Notes: generated by a model from the sequence alone, not told the origin. A stretch of DNA of 32,000 nucleotides from an uncultured Erysipelotrichaceae bacterium (GCA_942493105.1 OW818668.1:870001-902000), one strand, 5' to 3'; shown: positions 15,179 through 22,856, counted from the first letter of the stretch. Numbers and translations are program-made.

Positions 15179-16936
15179 ATGAAAGCCATCATGTTGATGT
15201 TTGATTCTTTGAATCGTCGTCTACTTGAGCCTTATGGATCACTAGAATCCGAAACTCCGAATTTTACACGACTGGCCCAAAAATGTCTTGTTTTTGATCG
15301 TTGTTATGTTGGAAGTATGCCTTGTATTCCTGCTCGTAAGGAACTACATACAGGAAGACATAACTTTTTGCACAGAAGCTGGGGACCTCTAGAACCCTAT
15401 GATGATTCTGTTCCGGAATTATTAAAGAAGAACGGAATACATACCCATTTGGTTACCGATCATAAACACTATTGGCGTGATGGTGGGGCAACTTACCACA
15501 ATCGTTACTCTACTTATGAGTTCATACGAGGTCAAGCTGGTGATTTATGGATTGGTCAAGTCAATCAACCTGAAGTCAAAGTCAAAATCATGGATGATCC
15601 AGACCGATTTAAAAGACGTCAATTGAGCCGTTCCCAAGATCTCATCAATCGCAATTATCATAATCAACATCATACCCATCAACTTGTTCAAACTTTTGAT
15701 AAAGGTTTCGAATTTTTGGATATGAATAAAGGATCTGATCAATGGTTTTTACAGATAGAATGCTTTGATCCTCATGAACCCTATTTTGTTCAGGAAGAGT
15801 ATCGAAGAAAATTTCACCTCTCAGATGAGTTTGATGGTTGGGCTCCTTTGATCATAAGATCTCCTGAAGAAGGTGATCCTGATCAAATCAGACAGCACTA
15901 TAAAGCACTCTTAGCGATGGTCGATGATCAGATTGGACGTTTTATCGATAAGATGGATGAACTGAAGTTGTGGGATGATGTATTGGTCATCCTCAATACA
16001 GATCATGGTTGTTTCTTAGGTGAACATGATTGGTGGTATATGGGAGTTATGCCTTTATACAATGAAATGGCTAACATTCCTATGATGATCCATTATCCAC
16101 AAAGCAAGTTACAATCTCAACATTCAAAAGAAATCGTTCAAAATATAGATATCCCTGTTACTTTATTGGATTACTTTAAAATCTCAAAGCCAGAATCTAT
16201 GAAAGGCATTAGTATTTTACCTGTCTTTGAACAAAAAGAACGAACAAAATCTGAAGCGTTTTTTGGCTACTTTGGCGGTGATTTAAATGTAACAGATGGT
16301 CGTTATGTCTATATGCGAGCGCCTTTGACGAAGAGCTATGATCATGTTTATGAGTATACTTTAACTCCGACCCACATCAATAAATTCTTTTCTGTTGAAG
16401 AACTCAAACGTATGGAGATGGTTGGTCCATTACCTTTTACAAAGGATTGCCCAGTATTAAAAATCAAAGCTACTGAAGATCCTCAACCCAATGCACATCG
16501 ATACCTTCATCGTTTGTTTGATTTAGAAAAAGATCCTCAACAAAACAATCCGATTGATGATCCGTCGCTTGAACTCAAATTCTGTAAGTTGTTGAAACGT
16601 TTGTTGGATGAACATGATGCCCCTAATGAGATCTATACCAGATATGGACTCTCTGATGAGATGACAGTGACTTCCTTATTAAGACAACGTGAAACACATT
16701 ACGAAGAATATGAAGAACTATTGAGTGTTTTAAGGTTCGCTGATCAAAGTGCGCTTGAGAAGACGATCGTACTTTATAATGCGATTAAGTTAGATCAAAG
16801 AGAGGCTTTTTTATTGATGGCTAAGCAGCGTCAAATTGATACGTCATGGTTACAAACATTATTGGAGACATTTATTGTTTCTGATCAATGGTTAAGTACT
16901 CAATACCAAATGGATCTGTATGGGAAGGTAAAATAA
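15179..16936 (+). CDS. Cys-type (formylglycine) sulfatase, paralog 1, no signal peptide
   Basis: The C-x-P-x-R core is within SMPCIPARKELHTGRHNF (Cys49, nt 15323-15325). The N-terminal MFDSLN block starts the sulfatase fold at residue ~7. TDHG..LGEH is a late catalytic block. Confidence 0.8.
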   Translation: MKAIMLMFDSLNRRLLEPYGSLESETPNFTRLAQKCLVFDRCYVGSMPCIPARKELHTGRHNFLHRSWGPLEPYDDSVPELLKKNGIHTHLVTDHKHYWRDGGATYHNRYSTYEFIRGQAGDLWIGQVNQPEVKVKIMDDPDRFKRRQLSRSQDLINRNYHNQHHTHQLVQTFDKGFEFLDMNKGSDQWFLQIECFDPHEPYFVQEEYRRKFHLSDEFDGWAPLIIRSPEEGDPDQIRQHYKALLAMVDDQIGRFIDKMDELKLWDDVLVILNTDHGCFLGEHDWWYMGVMPLYNEMANIPMMIHYPQSKLQSQHSKEIVQNIDIPVTLLDYFKISKPESMKGISILPVFEQKERTKSEAFFGYFGGDLNVTDGRYVYMRAPLTKSYDHVYEYTLTPTHINKFFSVEELKRMEMVGPLPFTKDCPVLKIKATEDPQPNAHRYLHRLFDLEKDPQQNNPIDDPSLELKFCKLLKRLLDEHDAPNEIYTRYGLSDEMTVTSLLRQRETHYEEYEELLSVLRFADQSALEKTIVLYNAIKLDQREAFLLMAKQRQIDTSWLQTLLETFIVSDQWLSTQYQMDLYGKVK

Positions 16937-16945
16937 GGAGACTCT

Positions 16946-18706
16946 ATGAAAGCAGTCATGATGATGTTTGATTCTTTGAATCGAAGGTTTCTAGAACCTT
17001 ATGGGTCACAAGAAAATCTGACGCCAAACTTTAAACGACTAAGCGAACACTCCGTCAGTTTTGATCAATTTTATGTGGGTAGTTTGCCTTGTATGCCTGC
17101 AAGAAGAGAAATGCATACAGGACGGCACAACTTCTTACATCGAGGTTGGGGTCCTATAGAACCTTTTGATGATTCTGCCCCCGAAATTTTAAAAAACAAT
17201 GGCATTCATACGCACTTGGTTACCGACCATAAACACTATTGGCGCGATGGTGGATCGACTTATCATAATCGATATCGGACCTATGAGTTTATCCGTGGCC
17301 AAGAAGGTGATACATGGATCGGTCAAGTCAATAAACCTGACTTGGGTGAATTGACAGGTGAAAGCACAGAACGTAAATCAAGAAAGAGAGTAAGTCGTAC
17401 CCAAGATTTGATCAATCGCCAGTATATGGATACTGTATCATCACATATGATGATCAGGACCGTTGAGAAAGGCCTGGAGTTTTTAGAGATGAATAAAGAT
17501 GCAGATCAATGGTTTCTACAAATCGAGTGTTTTGATCCGCATGAACCATATTATGTCCCACAGAAATATTTGGATAAATTAGGGATCACTGAGAAATTTG
17601 ATGGTTGGCCAGAATACTACATCAAAACAGAATCAGAATCAAAAACAGCCCTTATTCAGGGATACTATAAGGCATTGCTTATGATGTGTGATGAGTATCT
17701 TGGGAAGGTCCTCGATCACTTTGATGAACATAAGCTGTGGGATGATACGATGCTGATTGTTTGCACAGACCATGGTTTTCTATTGGGTGAACATGAATGG
17801 TGGGGGAAAAGCTATATGCCAGTCTTTAATGAGCTAGCCAATACACCTTTCTTTTTATGGGATCCGCGTTTAGGCTTAAAGAATCAACATTCAACTCGAT
17901 TGGCTCAATTGATTGATGTTCCAGCAACTTTACTAGATTACTTTAAATGTCCAAAACCTATAGATATGCATGGGGTTTCTTTAAGTCAAGTTTTAGAAAC
18001 AGACAGTAATGCCAGAGATCAAGTGCTATTTGGCTATTTTGGATGTAATGTCAATCTTTCGGATGGGAATTATGTGTATATGAGATCTGCGACACATCGC
18101 AATGGTCAAGGTTTATATGAATACACTTTAATGCCAATGCGAATCAATCGCAGATTTACACCTGAAGAGTTAAGAGAAACCATTTTAAATGCACCACTTA
18201 GCTTTACAAAAGGATGCTCTATTCTTAAGATTCCTTCACACGATTTTATCGCAGAAAATCTGAATCGCTTCGGTAATCGTTTGTATGACTTGATAAATGA
18301 TCCACATCAAACGCAACCTCTAGACAACAATGAACTAGAAGCTTATTATGCCAATCTCATGCGACAAAGAATGATTGAAGAGGATGCGAATGAAGAGATT
18401 CTAGATTATTATGGCTTACTTAATCCACACACCTCAGAATCTATAAAAGCTGAAAAAGATGAAAAAAAGCATCGATTGAACGATGCTGACCATGGCTTGG
18501 TTTTTTCTGATTTTGCGACTCAAGAGGGCTACTTTAGTTTTATGGAATGGCTTTCTGCCGATCAGCGACCTTCTGCTCTCAACTACTATAAAGCAATGCA
18601 TATCATCACCTCTGATGTATTAGTCCAAGGGATTGAAAGTATTGTAGAGCCACAACGTTTATCTGAAGCAATGTATAGAGTCAACCTTCATATGAGAATC
18701 AACTAA
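16946..18706 (+). CDS. Cys-type (formylglycine) sulfatase, paralog 2, no signal peptide
   Basis: SLPCMPARREMHTGRHNF is present (Cys49, nt 17090-17092). The protein is collinear with paralog 1. The N-terminal ~130 aa are very similar and the C-terminal ~100 aa are divergent. RBS AAGGAGA is present. Confidence 0.8.
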   Translation: MKAVMMMFDSLNRRFLEPYGSQENLTPNFKRLSEHSVSFDQFYVGSLPCMPARREMHTGRHNFLHRGWGPIEPFDDSAPEILKNNGIHTHLVTDHKHYWRDGGSTYHNRYRTYEFIRGQEGDTWIGQVNKPDLGELTGESTERKSRKRVSRTQDLINRQYMDTVSSHMMIRTVEKGLEFLEMNKDADQWFLQIECFDPHEPYYVPQKYLDKLGITEKFDGWPEYYIKTESESKTALIQGYYKALLMMCDEYLGKVLDHFDEHKLWDDTMLIVCTDHGFLLGEHEWWGKSYMPVFNELANTPFFLWDPRLGLKNQHSTRLAQLIDVPATLLDYFKCPKPIDMHGVSLSQVLETDSNARDQVLFGYFGCNVNLSDGNYVYMRSATHRNGQGLYEYTLMPMRINRRFTPEELRETILNAPLSFTKGCSILKIPSHDFIAENLNRFGNRLYDLINDPHQTQPLDNNELEAYYANLMRQRMIEEDANEEILDYYGLLNPHTSESIKAEKDEKKHRLNDADHGLVFSDFATQEGYFSFMEWLSADQRPSALNYYKAMHIITSDVLVQGIESIVEPQRLSEAMYRVNLHMRIN

Positions 18707-19206
18707 GATTTTTTCTCGGACCTATAGACTCTAAAATAACCAAAGACGATGGTTGTTAGTGCTGCTATCGGATAAATCAAGAAATCTGAAGTACCATAAA
18801 CTTTACTATAACCAAGATAAAGAAGTGTTAAGGCAAGTGCCACATATAATCCCATATGGAGAATTCTAAATTTAGGATTTTGAAGTTTGGTCAGTCGAGT
18901 AGGTGCTATGGTGAAGTTTCTGATTTTAGCATATTTAGCCAACATAAATTTACGGTAATATAACTCTACTGAAGTCAGTAGAACCACCGCAATACCACCC
19001 AAAATATAGTTGTTAAACTTTGTCACATAATATGTAAAAAAGACGATAATGATAACAACGAGGTATCTATTTCTCATGAAAAAGAAAAGTTGTAAATCTT
19101 TTTTAGGAATGACATAAGCCATATTCTTTTTGGGAACTGGATAGATATATTTTCCGTTTTTTTCTTGAATGACGCCGACAGTATTAAGTGTGTTATTGGA
19201 TATCAT
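18703..19206 (-). CDS. Hypothetical small membrane protein (about 4 TM helices)
   Basis: Hydrophobic segments are present: YLVVIIIVFFTYYV, ILGGIAVVLLTSV, LHMGLYVALALTLLYLGY, LIYPIAALTTIVFGYF. RBS GAGGTGA is present. Its stop codon overlaps the sulfatase-2 stop codon. No family was recognised. Confidence 0.55.
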   Translation of the reverse strand: MISNNTLNTVGVIQEKNGKYIYPVPKKNMAYVIPKKDLQLFFFMRNRYLVVIIIVFFTYYVTKFNNYILGGIAVVLLTSVELYYRKFMLAKYAKIRNFTIAPTRLTKLQNPKFRILHMGLYVALALTLLYLGYSKVYGTSDFLIYPIAALTTIVFGYFRVYRSEKKS

Positions 19207-19253
19207 AGAATCACCTCATCAATATTATAACTTATGAAAGTAGCGATATCTAC

Positions 19254-19269
19254 TGTTATATATACAACT
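19254..19269 (-). promoter_or_regulatory. Fourth copy of the 16-bp operator, upstream of the 18703-19206 membrane-protein gene
   Basis: The minus strand reads AGTTGTATATATAACA. It matches the 2684-2699 copy at 15 of 16 positions. The 14-mer GTTGTATATATAAC is identical, and the upstream flank AAGTT is shared. A TATAAT on the minus strand lies between it and the gene start. Confidence 0.55.
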
Positions 19270-19367
19270 TAGAAACAGTGGAAAACTAATCGAAAACTTA
19301 AGTATTTCTTGAAATATGGAGTTTTTGCATAGAGTCGTGTAAAATGAAATTAAGAAAAGGAGACATC

Positions 19368-19883
19368 ATGATCATTAGAACCGCACAAGAAAAAGATGTG
19401 TCCAGAATCCTCGAAATTTTCAATGAAGCATTGATCAATACCACTGCAGTATATGCCTATAAACCAGCAACTTTGAATGAACAACTTGATTGGTACCATC
19501 ACAAACTGGAAGAATCTTATCCTGTATTCGTGGCTCAAGTTGACGACCAAATCGTAGGTTATGCCAGTTACGGAACATTTAGAAATCGACCAGCTTATAA
19601 ATATACTGTTGAATCTTCAGTGTATGTCGACCATAAGTATCGGAATAAAGGATTTGGTAAACAATTACTCTTGACGATCATTGAAGATGCTTCAAACAAA
19701 GGCTATGCCACTATGGTAGCTGGAATTGATTCATCCAATGGTGCCAGTATTGCTTTACATATGAACTGTGGATTCACGCTTGTTGGCACCATTAATAAGG
19801 CAGGATATAAATTTGGACGTTGGTTAGATCTATCATTTTATCAGTGTGATCTCAAAGGACCACAAAACCCCAACGAAGACTAA
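19368..19883 (+). CDS. GNAT N-acetyltransferase, phosphinothricin/amino-acid acetyltransferase (PAT/YncA-like) family
   Basis: The IRTAQEKDVSRILEIFNEAL...T..Y N-terminus and the acetyl-CoA block VYVDHKYRNKGFGKQLL are present. The ~170-aa size fits. The start at 19368 has RBS AAAGGAGA. The ORF-track start at 19344 is unlikely. Confidence 0.7.
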   Translation: MIIRTAQEKDVSRILEIFNEALINTTAVYAYKPATLNEQLDWYHHKLEESYPVFVAQVDDQIVGYASYGTFRNRPAYKYTVESSVYVDHKYRNKGFGKQLLLTIIEDASNKGYATMVAGIDSSNGASIALHMNCGFTLVGTINKAGYKFGRWLDLSFYQCDLKGPQNPNED

Positions 19884-19909
19884 ACCATCATAAAAGTGAT
19901 GGTTTTTTA
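19883..19909 (+). terminator. Rho-independent terminator after the GNAT gene
   Basis: AACCATCA-taaaag-TGATGGTT is followed by TTTTTAT. Confidence 0.7.
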
Positions 19910-19948
19910 TTGAAAAAGACAATAATATTATGAAATTCTTATTCAATT

Positions 19949-19962
19949 TTGATGTAGGTCAA
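19949..19962. promoter_or_regulatory. FNR-type box TTGAT-GTAG-GTCAA upstream of the HMA/ATPase/Crp-Fnr operon
   Basis: It matches 9 of 10 positions of TTGAT-N4-ATCAA. A candidate -10, TACACT, is at 19985-19990. That would put the box centre near -41.5 of a predicted start (estimate only). Confidence 0.4.
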
Positions 19963-20030
19963 AGAAATTCATGTGGCTTCTCTTTACACTGTGAGTATCA
20001 ACCCTAGTGTTGAAACAAGGAGAAAATCAT

Positions 20031-20246
20031 ATGTCACAAAAAACGTATCAACTAGAAACGGTATCTTGCCCAAGTTGCATCAAGAAAATTGAAGGGATGC
20101 TCAAACAAACAGATGGAATCACAAGCTCTGAAGTACTTTTTAACTCTTCAAGAGTCAAAGTAGAATTTGATGAAGCTTTGGTTTCTTCAGCACTCATTAA
20201 AAGTAAAATTCATCAACTTGGATACAAAGTCCTTAGCGAAAAATAA
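20031..20246 (+). CDS. Heavy-metal-associated (HMA) domain protein, CopZ-like metallochaperone
   Basis: A ~71-aa ferredoxin-like HMA with a CPSC (CxxC) motif near the N-terminus. The ATG at 20031 has RBS AAGGAGA. The ORF-track GTG at 20007 is unlikely. Confidence 0.7.
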   Translation: MSQKTYQLETVSCPSCIKKIEGMLKQTDGITSSEVLFNSSRVKVEFDEALVSSALIKSKIHQLGYKVLSEK

Positions 20247-20266
20247 GGATAAGAAAGGAGTTCCTA

Positions 20267-22126
20267 ATGTTAAAAATTTCTAAACAAAATCTAGTCAAGT
20301 TATCGACCTTACTAATTTCTATATCATTTATAACCAAACAAATCAGTTCATTACAGTCGATCGCTATTGGATTCATGTTGATGACCACAATAATTTCGGG
20401 AACTCCTATCTTTAAAAAAGCACTTTCAGCGATTCGTTATCGTGTTGTTGGAATCGATGCTTTGGTGACCATAGCGGTAATTGGTGCACTTTTCATCGGA
20501 GAAGTGTGGGAAGCTGCAGCAGTAACCTATTTATTCATGCTTGGTGACTATCTTGAATCCAGGACCATTGAAAAAACACGGTCTTCAATCAAGAAACTGT
20601 TAGACCTGTCCCCAAAGAAAACTGTCGTAATTCGTCAAGGTGTTGAAGTTGAAATACTGACGGAAGATGCTATTAAGGGAGATTGGGTCATTGTTAAACC
20701 AGGTGAAAAGATTTCTGTTGATGGTGTGGTTTTTGAAGGATTGGCTTATGTAGACCAATCATCGATCACAGGCGAATCTTTGCCAATCTTAAAGACAAAA
20801 GATGAGTCGGTTTTTTCAGGGACGATCCTAGAATCAGGTTATTTAAAAATTTTGGCTGAAAAAGTAGGTGATGATACAACTTTTGCGAAAATTCTAAGAT
20901 TGGTCGAAGATGCCCAAGATAGTAAAGCGAAAACACAAAAATTCATCGAGAAGTTTTCTCAGTATTATACGCCGCTTGTTGTTTTGTTATCCATAGTAAT
21001 GTATGTGATCACTCGGGACCTTGAATTATCATTGACGATCTTGGTCATAGCATGTCCTGGTGCTTTGGTTATATCGACACCAGTCAGTATCGTAGCAGGC
21101 ATAGGCAGTGGCGCTAAACAAGGTATCCTATTTAAAGGTGGAGAATCAATAGAAAGGCTAGCGAAAGTAAAAGTTGTGGCTTTTGATAAAACGGGAACAC
21201 TAACGATTGGTAAACCTGAAGTCACCAAAATACAAGGATTTGGATTAAGTGAAGATGAAGTATTAAAGATTATGGCAATTGGTGAGTCCTATTCTGAACA
21301 TCCATTGGGTAAAGCCATCATCAATAAAGCAGTTCAGCAATTTGGTCAACTTAAGGAAACACCAACACATGTTGAAATGATGGCTGGACAGGGTCTGACT
21401 TTCACAATCAATGAAACATCTTATGTCCTGGGTAATAGAAATTTACACCAACAACAAGGTATTGATCTGTCTAAGTATGAATCGATCATCAGAGAAGAAG
21501 AAGAAATTGGACAAACTGTGATGATCCTCAGTGATAAAGAAAAGGTTTTGGGATTAGTTTCAGTCGCGGATACCTTGAGACCTGAATCACACGCACTAAT
21601 TAAAAGACTTAAGAAATTAGGTATCAAGAAAATTGTGATGTTGACAGGTGATAATCAAAGAACGGCTCAATCTATTGCAAAGCAAGTTGGTATCAGTGAG
21701 ATATATGGAAGTTTATTGCCCAGTGATAAAGTCAATGTCCTTAAGCAACTTCAACAACAGTTTGGTTTGGTTGCGATGGTTGGAGATGGAGTCAATGATG
21801 CACCTGCTTTAGCTACAGCAGATTTAGGAATCGCAATGGGAGGTGCCGGTTCCGATGTGGCGATGGAAACCGCTGATGTGATCTTGCTGTCATCAGAAAT
21901 CAGAAAATTAGCTACAGCGTTTGGTTTAAGTAAGGCCACAGTCAGCAATATGCAACAGAACATTTTGTTTGCACTATTTGTGGCAGGAACTTTACTTGCT
22001 GGCGTTCTCATAAAAACGATTAACTTATCTATCGGTATGTTGATTCATGAAATATCGGTCTTTCTAGTCATCGTTAATGCAGCTAGATTGCTCAGATTCA
22101 AAGAAACAACTCGAAATAGAGTATGA
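20267..22126 (+). CDS. P1B-type heavy-metal-translocating ATPase lacking a fused N-terminal metal-binding domain
   Basis: Motifs TGES, DKTGTLT, SEHPLG (HP) and GDGVNDAPAL are present. The transmembrane motif is CPG (ACPGALVISTP) instead of the usual CPC. The C-terminal TM carries HEISVFLVIVNAARL. Confidence 0.8.
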   Translation: MLKISKQNLVKLSTLLISISFITKQISSLQSIAIGFMLMTTIISGTPIFKKALSAIRYRVVGIDALVTIAVIGALFIGEVWEAAAVTYLFMLGDYLESRTIEKTRSSIKKLLDLSPKKTVVIRQGVEVEILTEDAIKGDWVIVKPGEKISVDGVVFEGLAYVDQSSITGESLPILKTKDESVFSGTILESGYLKILAEKVGDDTTFAKILRLVEDAQDSKAKTQKFIEKFSQYYTPLVVLLSIVMYVITRDLELSLTILVIACPGALVISTPVSIVAGIGSGAKQGILFKGGESIERLAKVKVVAFDKTGTLTIGKPEVTKIQGFGLSEDEVLKIMAIGESYSEHPLGKAIINKAVQQFGQLKETPTHVEMMAGQGLTFTINETSYVLGNRNLHQQQGIDLSKYESIIREEEEIGQTVMILSDKEKVLGLVSVADTLRPESHALIKRLKKLGIKKIVMLTGDNQRTAQSIAKQVGISEIYGSLLPSDKVNVLKQLQQQFGLVAMVGDGVNDAPALATADLGIAMGGAGSDVAMETADVILLSSEIRKLATAFGLSKATVSNMQQNILFALFVAGTLLAGVLIKTINLSIGMLIHEISVFLVIVNAARLLRFKETTRNRV

Positions 22127-22156
22127 TATGCTTAGTATAAAGGAGGATTACTTAAC

Positions 22157-22849
22157 ATGAATGAGCATGATCATTGTGAAAGCACAAATGCCAACTGTAT
22201 TGAAATCGTTCCAATCTTTAACAATCTAACAGAAGAAGAAATGTTAGAAATCGCTAACATAACCAGTGATTCTACTTTAGATAAGGGAAATTATGTGTAT
22301 ATGGCAGGCGATCAAGGTGGCAAACTATTTGTATTGCACTCAGGTCGAGTTAAAATATCACGCATCAATGCTGTTGGAAAACAACAAGTGATCCGCATTG
22401 TAGAAGCAGGTGAATTTATGGGTGAGCTAAGCTTGTTAAGTTCAGAACCTCTAAGTGACAACGCTGAAGTACTTGAAAAATCAACCATGTGTATGATTGA
22501 TGGACATAGATTAAAAGAATTGATGGTAAAGTATCCTTCGATTGCATTTAAAGTCATGGAAGTACTAAGTAAACGACTAGAAAAAGCAGAAAACCTAATT
22601 GAAAACATCAATCTTAATACAGTTGAACAAAGAGTTGCTCAAGCACTATTAGAGCTTGCTCAAGGAAAGAAAACCATCATCCTCAATATGACCAAAGGTG
22701 ATTTCGCATCTCAATTAGGTATGAGTCAAGAAACATTAAGCAGGAAACTGGCAGACTTTCAAGAAGAAGGTTTGATACTAATGGAAGGTCAAAGAAAGAT
22801 CAAGTTACTTGATCTTGAAAAACTCAAAGTTCTTAAGGAACCTGTTTAA
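22157..22849 (+). CDS. Crp/Fnr family transcriptional regulator (Flp-like)
   Basis: A cNMP-binding-like beta-roll (GDQGGKLFVLHSGRVKI...GEFMGELSLL) is present with a C-terminal HTH (FASQLGMSQETLSRKLADF). There are only three Cys residues (C7, C14, C112). Confidence 0.8.
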   Translation: MNEHDHCESTNANCIEIVPIFNNLTEEEMLEIANITSDSTLDKGNYVYMAGDQGGKLFVLHSGRVKISRINAVGKQQVIRIVEAGEFMGELSLLSSEPLSDNAEVLEKSTMCMIDGHRLKELMVKYPSIAFKVMEVLSKRLEKAENLIENINLNTVEQRVAQALLELAQGKKTIILNMTKGDFASQLGMSQETLSRKLADFQEEGLILMEGQRKIKLLDLEKLKVLKEPV

Positions 22850-22856
22850 ACATAAA

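Noticed and set aside
15179-18706. Reading the locus as a sulfoquinovose (sulfoglycolysis) locus.
   Set aside because: The enzymes carry the C-x-P-x-R formylglycine signature of sulfate-ester hydrolases and are accompanied by anSMEs. No sulfoquinovosidase, sulfolactaldehyde enzymes or sulfonate exporters were recognised, and C-S sulfonates are not sulfatase substrates.
19931-19973. ATGAAATTCT ... AGAAATTCAT as a possible inverted-repeat metal-regulator operator upstream of the HMA gene.
   Set aside because: The two 10-mers are not true reverse complements (two central mismatches). They also flank the better-supported FNR-type box, so this is probably AT-rich coincidence.
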